DNA of 64,000 nucleotides from the human T2T-CHM13v2.0 reference genome, Homo sapiens. The notes beneath the pieces were generated by a model that had not been told where the DNA came from, did no database searches, and worked only from the letters and a program-made list of their open reading frames with translations. Below are positions 1-18,697 of the stretch, piece after piece. Location of the stretch: the NCBI RefSeq assembly GCF_009914755.1, contig NC_060947.1, one strand, 5' to 3'. A program made the position numbers and the translations under genes. How positions within the stretch are numbered: the first letter of the stretch is position 1; every line of letters starts with the position of its first letter.

Positions 1-881
1 AGCCGAGGCAGTTGGGGAGAGCAGGACGAGAGTGAGCTGGAGAGCAGCCACACCGATGGGTAAGGGTGGGTGAAGGGATTCCACAGGTGTCTAGAAAACT
101 GGAAAGAGCTCCTTAGCAGGTCCAGGCCCCAGGTGTAGGGGAGGACCAGATGTGGAGGATGAAGACGGTTGTCCAGAGGGATCTCCAGGCGTTGGCATTA
201 TTGGGTCCTACTGAGATGCTGTCAAGGAGAAAACACAGGCTGTGTGTGGCAGGGCGACAAATGAGTGCTGCTGCCAAGCTCTGTCCTGTTTTCTGTGCAC
301 GTCTCAGAGCCCCTCCAGTGACCGTCATCTCCGGCCTCCTCCTGCGCCTCTGTGTTCGTAGACATCTTCTCACATCTCAGATCCTGCTGAGCCTCTGGGC
401 CCCCTGCACGTGCCTTCTGCCTCTCGGCTGCTGGGGTGGGGACCTCTGTGCCCTGTGCCAGCGCCTCTCCTGCAGCTCACAACACATCTGCTTTTTCTCC
501 TGCGCCCTGCACAGGGTGGGCCTGGAAGCTCTGGGGAAGTTGTACCCTTGGACACAGCCCCCCACCGATGGGGCCAAGAGTCACTGGATAAAAGTCTTAG
601 TCTCTCACCCTTTGAAGGACAACTCTGAGGTGCGGCTGACTGTGGAGCGAATGAAATGAAACGGATGCACGGGGATGGGTGTGGACAAAGGAATGCCGAC
701 TTCTCAGGCTGCCGATACATATCTCAGTAGAAGCACGGGGGAATGCTATATAGAGAAATATTTCTATAGTATCTGAAGTGTTTAGAATGTATTGACCTAA
801 TATATACACAATAAAAGTAAAAACATTGGAAGAAAATTTAGATGAACTTTATTTGATTGTTGGAATGGAAAAGACTTTTCT

Positions 882-1432
882 CTCTTTCTTTCTTTCTTTC
901 TCTCCTTTTCTTTCTTTCTTTCTTTTCTTTCCTTTTTTTCATTATTATACCTTAAGTGCTGGGGTACATGTGCACAACGTGCAGGTTTGTTACATAGGTA
1001 TACATGTGCCATGCTGGTTTGCTGCACCCATCAACTTGTTGACCTAGCAATCCCATTACTGGGTATATACCCAAAGGATTGTAAATCATTCTACTATAAA
1101 GACACATGCACATGTATGTTTATTGCAGCACTCTTCACAATAGCAAAGACTTGGAACCAACCCAAATGCCCATCAATGTTAGACTGGATTTTAAAACTGT
1201 GGCACATATACACCATGAAATATATGCAGCCATGAAAGAGAATGAGTTCATGTCGTTTGCAGAGACATGGATGAAGCTGGAAACCATCATTTTCAGCAAA
1301 TTAACACAGGAACAGAAAACCAAACACCGCATGTTCTCACTCGTAAGTGGGAGTTGAACAATGTGGACACAGGGAGGGGAACATCACACACCGGGGCCTG
1401 TTGGGGGTGGGGGGCTGGGGGAGGGATAGCAT
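882..1432 (-). mobile_element. Short 5'-inverted L1PA 3' fragment (twin-priming structure)
   Basis: CTTT-rich tail 882-940, then minus-strand L1 3' end ~941-1036, then plus-strand ORF2-end/3'UTR ~1039-1432. 16-bp TSD tggaaaagacttttct at 866-881 and 1433-1448. Confidence 0.9.
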
Positions 1433-3231
1433 TGGAAAAGACTTTTCTAAGCCTACTAGCAATGAGAATAATAATAACCAATAACATTTGTTGGGTGGTC
1501 ACCACGTCCCAAGCCACTGTTGTAAGCACTAGACAAGAATTGGCTCATTTATCCAGAAATACACCACATTTTCATTGTCGTTATCCTTGGCGGTGAGATA
1601 ACGGTTGGTTTTTTATTTTCTCTTCCGAACTTGCCCATATTTCCTCTTCTTTTGCAGTGAACATGTATTACATTTATAAGCAGAAAGCGATTAAGAAAGT
1701 TATTCATTACTTGCTGTTGAGGAAAATTTCTAATTAGCTCTGGAGTGAGCCAGTTTGCCAAAGTTTAAATTAGCCTGTTCAATTCATTGGAGGCCATATT
1801 TTTCCTCTGAAACTTGTTCTAATTGGCACCTTTTCTTGATGTAATGAGGCGGACGGTGCCGTGATGAAGTCTCTGAAGTCACCGAGCCTCGGGGCCCACG
1901 CTAGACACCACGGGGCAGATGTCGCCCGGCTCTCCCGGTCATCTCTGTGGCTTTCAGCCGCTTCCAAAAAACAATTGTTTCCAAATTCCACACACACAGT
2001 TCATCCTACCTTGAAAGTTATTCCTCCAGAGGGCTGTTGATAGTTTGCTTCATCAGCATTTTGTCACTATTACACAGTGAGATTTTTTTTTTCTTCTGCA
2101 CCTTGGAGGTACTCATGAAGAACACATGTGTGCTTAAACACAAAACCTACCGAGGCCCATAACAGCCCCTCCCCTCCAGAGGGCCGGTCCTGGTCCACAC
2201 ACGCTGGCAGACAGTCTTTGTGTTTCCGAATCAGAGAAGACTTGCTTGGAATGGATGAAATGTATTTGAAATCACATTAGGCATCATCTGGAATGGTGAA
2301 GCTTCAGAGGTGACAGGGCCAGGATGTCTATATTCAAAGAGGGCCATTGAATTAAAGTTAAGCAGGGATCTCTTTGCTTGAATTCCAGAGTTTCAAACCA
2401 GCACAGTCATGTGAGCTTGGATGGCCTGTAGGTACTTCCAACCCAACCTGCCCCCAGCTGACCTCACTGCCTGTCCCCCGACTCCCGGAATGGCTTCCCT
2501 CTGCTTCATTCTCTGTCTTGGCGACACGCGTTTCCATGGTCCCGCACTCTGTCATCTCACCTTCCGTCCAGTCAGTTTCCTTCAATGTGTCCTCTCCACC
2601 CTCCCTAGGCCAGGTCGGCATCATCTCTCACCTATATGATGAGAACAATCTCCCCCGGTCTACACAGATTCCCGGCCCCTTTCCTAGGAATTTGGCCTGA
2701 GTGGGGCGGTCTAAGTGGGGATGATGTAGGCTGGCCTCATATGGCCCAGGGGGAGGGCCCAGCCATACCTACCAGGGCTGATGAGCACGGCTTGTTTCGC
2801 CCTGTGGGGGTCATTGCAGGCTCTTGTGCGGGACTCGGGATGGGGGTCTGTTGGGAAGCCCCGGATGGCCTAGTGTCCTGGCCTTGAGCCTTTGGTCTTC
2901 TCTGAGCGCCCACCCGCCATCACTTGAGAACAGTGAAAGGCAGCTGTGTTGACCCTTTGAGCAGCATGTGGCCGTTCCTAGGTTTGGTGGTAGGGGTGAG
3001 TGACCCTTTCCTGTGAAGGAATGGCGAGTAACCATTGTATGACAGTGAATTGTCTTAGTGCCTAATAGCCCAGCCTACTTTGTGAGCTCCATAAAGGCAG
3101 GAAGCTTGTCTGGAGCTTTTCTGTATCCCCAGTGCCAAACCCCATAATGGGGAGACACGAGGTACTCTCTCATTCTTTCTTTCAAGAAATATTTCCTGGC
3201 CGGTGCGGTGGCTCATGCCTGTCATCCCAGC

Positions 3232-4111
3232 ATGCTGGGGAAGATGGGGTTTAGCATGTGAGTGAGGACCACACATAGCACAGAGAGCACCCAGTCGCCC
3301 AAGCCAGAGTATGCAGAGTTGGGAAGGATGTAGCAGGGGACTGAAGTGACGTAGAAAAGACCGATCATAGCGAGATGGGCAACACAGGTAGAAAAGGCTT
3401 TTCTTCAGCCCTGGGTGGAATGAATCCTGAACAGCAGCCACAACGTGTCCATAGGAGACCACGACCAGGACGCAGTGTGCAAGAGCCACCAGAAAACTGA
3501 AGAACAGGGCAAGTTCATTGGTACGTGTGCTGAAGCAAGAGAGTCTGAGCAGTGACGGAGGTCGCAGAAGAAGTGGGTGATGAGGCAAGGCCTGCAGAAC
3601 TTGGGTAGAGCTGTGAGGATGCTGTAGGTGAATGCGTTGGCCAAGGCCAGCAGGCAGGAGATGGAAGTGAGGCCCGTGTGGGTCAGTCGGCCCACGAGGA
3701 CAAAGTAGTGCAATGGCTGGCAGATAGCTGCATAGAATCATAGGCCACGGCTGTGAGGAGGAAGGACTCCTAGGGTGCCAGGAAGTGGAGAAAGCATATC
3801 TGGATGAGACAAGCACAATAAAGTACGGGCCCTACCGGAGCCAGCAAATGCACCAGCACCTGAGTCACCATGTTGGAGATACAGGCGGCATCCATCAGCG
3901 AGTGGCCGCCCAAGAAGAAGTACATGGGAGTGTGGCGTCGGTAGTCCACTGTGAACATGTGGCTCCCAACCACAACCACTATGTAGATTAGCAGAAAGGT
4001 GGTGAACAGCAGGGGCCTCCAAGCCTTGCTGTCCCTCAGGCCTTTCAGAAGAAACTGGGACACTAGGGTCCCATTCCGCAGCTGCTTGGAACCACGCACA
4101 GAACCCTGCAC
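3232..4111 (-). pseudogene. OR3B1P: Olfactory receptor pseudogene (probably OR3B1P)
   Basis: OR hallmarks spread over shifting frames: N-terminal NGT..SQFLL.GL, HTPMYFFL, VAYD-(frameshift)-YAAICQPLHY, ITHFFCD, an in-frame stop then RKAFSTCVAHL, and MLNPI. The symbol is from recalled position next to GAB3 and is less certain than the OR call. Confidence 0.88.
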
Positions 4112-4204
4112 CTGTAGTATGCAACTCAGAGTCAGATGAGGGTCTAGGTGTGGAGTCCCAACTTACAAGGGGGGGAGGGGATGAGGGATGGACTAATGAC
4201 TAGG

Positions 4205-4520
4205 TAGGCAGGTTTCAGATTTAATGGAGGAAGACTTGTTGGTTCAATACAATGAGGAGCCTCAAATGGCCAGGCAAATCTTTCATCTCCTGTTGAACAG
4301 AGCCTTTTTTGGGAGAAAGTGATGGGGATCAGCCTTTAGGGTATCCATAGATGGCTTTGCTGGCAAAACTGTGGCAGGTGGGAGGGCAGATACATATACA
4401 GAAAATGTCTCTATTCCTGGGACAAAAATCCTCCTGCTCCCTGAATGAGAGAATGGGTCCAATATAATCCACTTTCCACCAGGCAGCTGGCTGCTCCCCT
4501 TGAGGTGACAACCTAATAAG
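4205..4520 (-). mobile_element. ERVL internal fragment (integrase and dUTPase-region remnants)
   Basis: QGEQPAAWWKVDYIGPI resembles the HERV-L integrase motif QPATWWQVDYIGPL; downstream LPGHLRLLIVLNQQ resembles ERVL LPPGHFGLL. Confidence 0.7.
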
Positions 4521-6087
4521 CGTTGCTTTACGTTGGGTACACGGCAGAAGTACCCAGATCAGCCTCGGTGTGGTGAAGACCATGTTGTGTCATCCTTCCC
4601 GTAGCTGTGTCTCCAGTCTCCCTGTTTGCAGAGTCAGCCCAAGCTGTGTGGAAGCCTGCGGCCACCAGCTCGTGCATACCTACCTATCTATGTGTCCAAA
4701 ACTAGGTCTGTCAGCTCAAAGACATCAGGACAAAAGACACCAACCTGTCTTGTCTGTGAGGAAGGTGTTGGGGGAGGAAGAGGGTGCCTGGTGTCTGGAG
4801 TGGCTTGTGGCTTGAGGGAGCATCTCACCGAGCAAGGTCCCCACAGAGAGCCTACCCCTGGGGCTGACACCGTATCTACGTCCTGTTCTCCGACACTTTG
4901 CCCTCTGCAGGCAGCATTCTTCTCTTCTTAGGCCTGTTCAGGAGGAACCTGCAGCCAGAGAACCGGAGCCAAAACCACAGGGCCCTCTGCACCTAGGCCG
5001 GAGCATGAGTCGAGGGGTCAGACCAGGCTGGCTTCCCTTCAGTTGTAGCCAACTTAAGTCTTTGCTTTCATTCCCCAGATAATCTGACCCCGTGGAAAGT
5101 AATTCAACACTGCAGAAATGACTGAGATGGAGTGAAAGTTTACACATGCACACTCCCCCGACAACCAACAGAGTGACTACTGTTACCACACTGGGTAGGT
5201 GCTTCATAGCTAGAGTTCGTGTTCTACATATCACATAAGGCTATATCTTTGTAATTTCTTTCCTTCTACTAATGTTGTGCTTACTTTGTTCTTGTGATTC
5301 TAGTTTCTTGAAATGCAACATTAGGTCATTTATTTGAGATATTTCTTCTTTTTGGTGTACGCATTTATTGCTATAAACTTCCCTGTTAGAACTGGTTTTC
5401 CTGTATTCCATAGGTTTTGATATTTTTTTCCAATTTCCTTACTCCCAGGGAATGTTTAAATTTCCCTTTTAATTTCTTAATTGATCCATTGATTGTTCAG
5501 AAGCATATTTTTAAATTTAGATATTAATAAGGTTTGGCTCTGTGTCCCCAACCAAATCTCGATTCAAATTGTAATCCCCATAATCCCCATGTGTTAAGGG
5601 AGGGACTGAGTGAGAGGTGAATGGATCATTGGGGAAGTTTCTCCCATGCTGTTCTCCTCATAGTGAGTGAATTCTCACGAGACGTGATGGTTTTATAAGA
5701 ATTTGGAAGTTCCTCCTTCACTCTCTCTTCTCTCTCCTGCTGCCTTACAAAGAGGTGCCTGCTTCTCCTTTGCCTTCCGCCATTATTGTAAGTTTCTTGT
5801 GGCTTCCCCAGCCACGCAGAACTGTGAGTCAATCAAACCTCTTTTGTTTATGAATTACGCAGCCTTGGGTAGTATATTTATAGTAGTGTGGGAACAGACT
5901 AATATAGTAAACTGGTACTGCAGAGAATGGGGCACTACTATAAAGATACCTGAAAATGTGGAAGTAACTTTGGAACTGGGTATTGGGCAGAGGTTGGAAC
6001 AGTTTGGAGCACTCAGAAGAAGACAGGAAGATGTGGGAAACCTTGGAACTTCCTAGAGACTTGTTGAATGGCTTTGACCAAAATGTT

Positions 6088-6376
<289 letters not shown>

Positions 6377-6703
6377 TGACCAAAATGTTGATAGTATTAT
6401 GGACAATGAAGTACAGGCTGTGGTGGTCTCATATGGAGATGAGGAACTTCTTAGAAACTAGAGCGAAGGTCACTCTTGCTATGCTTTAGCAAAGAGACAG
6501 GAGGCATTTTACCCCTGACCCAGAGATCTGTGGAAGTTTGAACTTGAGAGAGATGATCTGAAACTGAAACTTACGTTTAAAAGGGAAGCAGAGCATAAAA
6601 GTTTCGAAAAGTTGCAGCTTGATGATGCGGTACAAAAGAAAAACCCATTTTCTTGGGAGAAATTCAAGTCAGCTGCAGAAATTAGCATAAGTAATGAGGA
6701 GGC

Positions 6704-6862
6704 TTTTTAAAAAATTTTTATTTTATTTTAAGTTCTGGGATACATGTGCAGGATGTGCAGGTTTGTTACATAGGTAAACGTGTGCCATGGTGGTTTGCTA
6801 CACCTATCAACACATCACCTAGGTATTAAGCCCTGCCTACATTAGCTATTTATCCTGATGCT
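6704..6862 (-). mobile_element. L1PA 3'-end fragment inside THE1-int
   Basis: ttttaagttctgggatacatgtgcaggatgtgcaggtttgttacatagg, the reverse complement of an L1 3' UTR. Confidence 0.85.
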
Positions 6863-7344
6863 GGAGGAGCCAAATGTTAATCACCAAAACAATTGGGAAA
6901 ATGTCTCCAGGGCATGTCGTAGATCTTGGCAGCAGCTCCCCCCCATCACAGACCCAGAAGCTTAGAAGGGAAAAATGGTTTCCTGGGTCGGGTCCAGGGC
7001 CTCTGCTGCTCTATGAAGTCTTGGGACTTGGTGTTCTGCATTCCAGCTGCACCAGCTGCAGCTGGGGCTACAAGGGGCCAAAGTATAGCTCAGGCAGTGG
7101 CTTCAGAGGGTGCAAGCCCCAAAACTTGGTGGCTTCCATGTGGTATGGGGCCTGTGAATTCACGAAAGTCAAGAAGTGAGGTTGGGGAATCTCCGCCTAG
7201 ATTTCAGAGGATGCATGGAAACACCTGGACATCCAGGCAGAAGTCTGCTGTAGGGGCTAAGCCCTCATGGAGAACCTCTGCTAGGGCAGTGTAGAAGGGA
7301 TATGTGGGGTTGGAGCACACATAGAGAGTCCCCATTCACTAGAA

Positions 7345-7993
7345 TGGCATTCACCCATCCACCAGAAATGCTGGGTGATGGTTCACCAATTATTATGTTG
7401 CCTCTCCGAGAGTGATAATCTGACCATGCCAGGGGGACAGGCCATTTCCTGATGGTCCACACCTGTTAACATCAAAATGTTAATTGGATGCAGGCCCCAG
7501 GGAGAAGAAACTTTCTGGGCATGCATAGTAAGAGACAAAAATGGTGAAGTATGATCTTCCACTGGAGAAAGGAAGAAAGCCTCAGGTGGGCATGCATGTA
7601 TAACTCCCTAGACACACTGGGCATGCTCACTTCCCAAGGGTAAGGAGGGCTCTATGCATGTGGGCAGCCCACCCTAAGGGAATAATCATGGGAAAGAGGT
7701 AAGCTTATAAATGTCCTAGGATCACAGTTAAACAGGGCATTTGACCTTCTCTCTTTAATTAAACCTTCATGTGCCCCCTTGGGTCTCTTCCAAGTGCACC
7801 TTGCTTTCCTGTTGTAAGGCATTTTAAAATAAACTTCCATTCCTGCTCTGGAACTTGCCTCGGTCTCTTTTACTGCTTTATGCCCTGCAGTCGAATTCTT
7901 TCTTCTGAGGAGGCAAGGGCTGAAGTTGCTACGGACCCATACAGATAGGCCAACAGTAACATGGGGTAACTCAAATTTCTGCCACTGCTAACA
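7345..7993 (+). mobile_element. ERV1-type LTR (MER50-like)
   Basis: LTR-like with aataaa at ~7828 and tcttctgaggaggcaag...gctaaca end. Subfamily from memory. Confidence 0.6.
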
Positions 7994-8214
7994 AGTTCTC
8001 ACAAGATCTGATGGTTTTGTAAGGCAGTTTTCCCTGCTCTTACTCACTCTTTCTCACCTGCCACCATGTAAGATGTGCCTGCTTCCCCTTCCACCATTTC
8101 CTGAGGCCTCCCCAGCCATGCAGAACTGTGAGTCAGTTAAACCTCTTTTCCTTATAAATTACCCAGTCTTGGGCATGTCTTTCCAGCAGTGTGAGAACAT
8201 ACTAATACAGATAT

Positions 8215-9561
8215 ATGTGTGGATTATCCGAAGTCCCTCATTTTCTAGTTTTATACCATTTTGTGATCAGAAAAGATACTTGATATGATTTCAGTCTTCT
8301 TGAATTTGTTAAGACTTCTTTGGTGGCACAACATACTATATATCTCAGTGAATGTTCCATGTGCAGTTGAGAAGAGAGTGTATTCTGCAGCTACTGGATG
8401 GATTTTTCTGTATATATCTGTTAGGTCCATTTGCTCTAGAGTGTAGTATATGCTTGTTGTTTGCTTATTTATTTCTGTCTTGATGATTTGTCCATTACTG
8501 AAAGAGGGTTGTTAAAGTCCCCTAGTATTATTGTATTGCAGTCTGTCTCTTTTTCAGATTAATTAATATTTCTTTTATATATTTAGGTGCTCTAATATTG
8601 AGTGCACATATGTTTACAATTGTTATACCCTTTTGTTGAAATGACCACTTTATCATTACATAGTGATTTTCTTTGTCTCTTTCTAGAGGTTTTGACTTAA
8701 TGTCTATTTTATCTCATGTAACTATAGCTATTCCTGCTCTCTTTGTGTTTTCATTTGCGTGGAATATCTTTTTTCATCCCTTCACTTTGACTCTATGTGT
8801 CTTTACAGGTGAAATGAGTCCCTTGTAGGTAGCAAATGTCTGCGTCTTAATTTTTAAATCCATTTAGCTAGTCTATGTCATTTGATTGGACAATATATCC
8901 CATTTACATTCAAGGTAATTATTGATAAGTAAGAACTTACTACTGCCATTTTGTTAATTGTTCTCTAGTTGCTTTGTCGATTCTCCCTTTTCTCCTCTCC
9001 TACTGATTTTCTTTGTGGTTAAGTGATCACTCTTGTAGTATGTTTTGGTTCGTTGTCTTTTATTTTTTGTTTATCTGTTATAGCTTTTTGCTTTGTGGTT
9101 ACCATGAGGCTTAAAAGAAACATCTTAAAGTTATAACAGGTTATTTTAAGCTGGTAACAACTTAGATCACAAAAATAAAAACCTCTGCACATTTACTCCA
9201 CTCCCTCCACACACATTTTTTTGAGACAGGAACTCACTGTTGACCTGGTTATAGTGAGGTGGCATGATCACAGCTCACTGTAGCCTCGACCAACAGGGCT
9301 CAAGTGATCCTCCTGCCTCAATCTCCCCAGAGGCTGGGATTACAAGCACAAGCCACCATGCCGAGGTAATTTTTTTTCTTTTTACTACAGACGAGGTATC
9401 CTCATGATGCCCAGTGCGGTCTTGAACTCTTGAGCTCAAGCAATCCTTCCACTTCAGCACAAAATTCTGGCATTACAGGTGGCAGCCACTGCATCTAGCC
9501 CACATTTTGAGTTTTTCATGTTACAATTTACAACTTTTCATATTGCATATTTTAAAATAAA
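8215..9561 (-). mobile_element. Old L1M ORF2/EN fragment (continues from 5230-5519 and after 15932)
   Basis: Degenerate antisense L1 sequence, interrupted by THE1, Alu and L1PA. Confidence 0.8.
9217..9500 (-). mobile_element. AluJ-like
   Basis: Diverged two-arm Alu. Confidence 0.85.
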
Positions 9562-9578
9562 CCATTGTCGTTATTCTT

Positions 9579-15915
<6,337 letters not shown>

Positions 15916-16672
15916 CCATTGTCATTATTCTTAATAGTTTTGTCTTTTAACCTTCATGCTAAAGATGTAAGCAAAGTATACACCATCATTACTGTAATAT
16001 TGTAAATTGAACTGTGTACTCACTTTTATCAGTGAGTTTTATAAGTTCAGATGTTATATTCATTAGCATCCTTTTCTTTCAGCTTGAAGAACTCCCGTTA
16101 GCATTTCCTATAAGATAGGTCTATTGATTATGAATCGTCTCTGCTTTTGTTTTTCTGAGAAAGTCTCTATTGTCTTGATTTTCTGGGTATAGTGTTCTTA
16201 GTAGGTAGTTCTTTTCTTCCTTCAGCACTTTGAATATACTATCTCACTCCCTCTTGGCCCATAAGGTTTCTACTGAAAAGTCAGTTACCAGACATATTGG
16301 AACTCCCTTATGTGTTATTTGCTTCCTTCCTCTTGTTGCTTTCAGAATTCTCTTTTTGTTTTTGTTATTTGGCAATTTAATTCTAATATGTCATGGGGTA
16401 GTCTTATTTGATTCAATCTGAGTGGTGTCCTTTGACCTTCCAGTACCTGAATATTTATATTTTTCTCCCGTTTTGGAAATTTTCTGCTATTATTTCTTTA
16501 AATAAGCTTTCTACCTAGTTGTTTTTCTCAGTCCTGCTTGAACTCTGATGACCCAAACACTTGCCCTTTTGATGCTATCTCATAAATCCCTTAAGCTTTT
16601 TTCATTCCTTTTTATGATCCTTTTTTTTGCTCCTTTGATTGGATAATTTCAAATGTCCTGTCATTGAGCTCC

Positions 16673-16857
16673 CTTCTTCTTCTTTCTTCCTCTTCTTCTT
16701 CTTCTTCTTCTTCTTCTTCTTCTTCTTCTTCTTCTTCTTCTTCTTCTTCTTCTTCTTCTTCTTCTTCTTCCTCCCCTTCTTCTTCTTCTTCTTCTTCTTC
16801 TTCTTCTTCTTCTTCTTCTTCTTCTTTCTTCTTCTTCTTCTTCATCTTCTTCTTCTT
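16673..16857. repeat. (TTC)n/(GAA)n trinucleotide tract, ~60 units with interruptions
   Basis: Read directly; longest pure run ~16692-16770. Confidence 0.98.
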
Positions 16858-16919
16858 GGTCTATTCTGATGTTGAGGCATTCTATTGATGTTTTAGGGTT
16901 CAATTGTTGTATTCTACAA

Positions 16920-17196
16920 TTTTTTTTGAGACAGAGTATCTCTCTATCAACCAGGCTGCAGTGCAGTAGTGGAATCTTGGTCACTGCAACCTCCTAGGCT
17001 CAAGCAATTCTCCCACCTCAGCCTCCCAAGTAGCTGGGACCACAGTCTTGAGACACCACACCAGCCTATTTTTTGCAATTTTTGTAGAGACAGGGTTTCA
17101 CCATGTAGCTCAGGCTGATTTCAAACTGTTGAGCTCAATTGATCCACCTGTTTTGGCATCTCAAAGTGCTGGGATTACAGACGTGAGCCACCAAGC
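16920..17196 (-). mobile_element. AluJ-like
   Basis: Diverged Alu sequence. Confidence 0.85.
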
Positions 17197-18399
17197 TCCA
17201 CAAGTGATTGTATTCTTCATCTTTAGGATTTCTATTTGATTTGTTGTTGTTGTTGTTGATGATTGTTTCCATTTCTTTGTCAAATTTCTCATTTTGTTCA
17301 TGAATTGTTTTTTATTTTATTTGATTATCTATTTGTATTTTTATAGTTCTCTGAACTTCTTTAAGAGGGTTATTCTGAATTATTTGTCAGTTATTTCATA
17401 GATCTCCTTCTCTAATGGGTCCATTACTGAAGCTTTATTAGTTTCTTCTCGTGTGTTGTATTTTTCAGATTTTTTCATAATCTTTGTGTTTTTACATTGA
17501 TGCCTGTGCATTTGAGGACCTAGCCACGTCTTTCATTCTTTGCAGGTATTCTTTGGTGATAATAGACCTTTACTATTTAGTCTAACCTGAGATTCTGAAT
17601 GAGCCAGCTGGTTGCAACCATATACAAGCAGTCTTTGGTGTCATGTTCTTGAGTTGCTTCCTGCGCTCTGAGGTTGAATGGTAGTGCTGCCTCTGCACCA
17701 TGGTCCAATGAGACCACTGGCTGGAGTCCACTGTCAGGTGGGGCTGCTGGCTGGGCTCTGCAATCAACTCTGATTAGGCAGGGTTGCAGTTGTCTTCCCA
17801 GGCCATGTGGTACTATTGTTTGGAATCTGTATTATATTTCCTAAAGTGTGATGCCGTTGGCTAGTTTCTCCAGCATGGTGCCTCCATTGGCTAGAATGCA
17901 GAGTAACCACCAAAATCTGTTCCCTTGTCACTGTAAGCTCCACCCCAATCCTCCATCTCCAACTTACCCCAGGTGTCCAGCCCTGCTGGCACTCCCAATG
18001 TTCCCTGAAGTATGTGACAAGACTGAGCCTCCTGAAAGGGGTTCAGAATGGTGGGGAAGACAAATGTCAGCCTCCAACTCACTGCTCCCACAGTAGAAAC
18101 TATGAGCTCAGAAAAATTCTGTGTGCGGTACTGTGCCAGCCTGGAGGAAGGGCAGCAAGGTTAGAAAGAATTGTTCCTCTTACCATCTGATTGTGGGCTT
18201 TCTAGATTCTGTAGTTCAAAGGGGTGTCTCACATTCACTTCTGAGTTCTGTGGTGCTCACAATGGTGGTCTTGCCTTTTGATAGTTACTGGTTGGATTTC
18301 TGTTTGGGAGAGTAAAGCTGGAGAACTCCTATTCTTCTACATGGCTGAGATCATTCCTATATTTAGACTATAATTTATTCTTATTTCTTGTTTTCTTTT

Positions 18400-18697
18400 C
18401 ATTTTTTTAAAGACAGGGGCTTATTCTAATACCCAGGCTAGAGTGCAGTGGCATGATCATAGCTCACTGCATTCTCAAACTCCTGGGCTCAAGTTATCCT
18501 CCTGCCTCATCCTCCCAAGTAGCTAGGATTACAGGTGTGTGCCACCATGCCAGGCTAATTTGTTGTATTTTTATTTTTGTAGAGACAGGGTCTCACTATG
18601 TTTCCCAGGCTGGTCTCAAACTCCTGGCCTGAAGCAATTCTTCCACCTCAGCCTCCCAAAGCACTGGGATTACAGGCATGAGCTACTGTGCACAGTC
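18400..18697 (-). mobile_element. AluJ-like
   Basis: Diverged Alu sequence. Confidence 0.85.

Larger units (their letters stand above)
15933..18370 (-). mobile_element. Old L1M ORF1/5' region
   Basis: Degenerate L1 ORF1-like sequence (ELNDRTFEIIQSKEQK) continuing the element split by the L1PA. Confidence 0.7.

Noticed and set aside
113-720. Overlapping 66-169 aa ORFs in GC-rich sequence
   Set aside because: No recognisable domain or exon structure; expected by chance at this GC content.
3055-3816. 253-aa ORF
   Set aside because: Mostly an out-of-frame reading of the OR pseudogene running into an Alu fragment; the OR motifs are scattered over different frames.
16612-16984. ORFs encoding poly-Glu, poly-Arg, poly-Phe and poly-Ser
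   Set aside because: Artefacts of the stop-free (TTC)n repeat; no gene structure.
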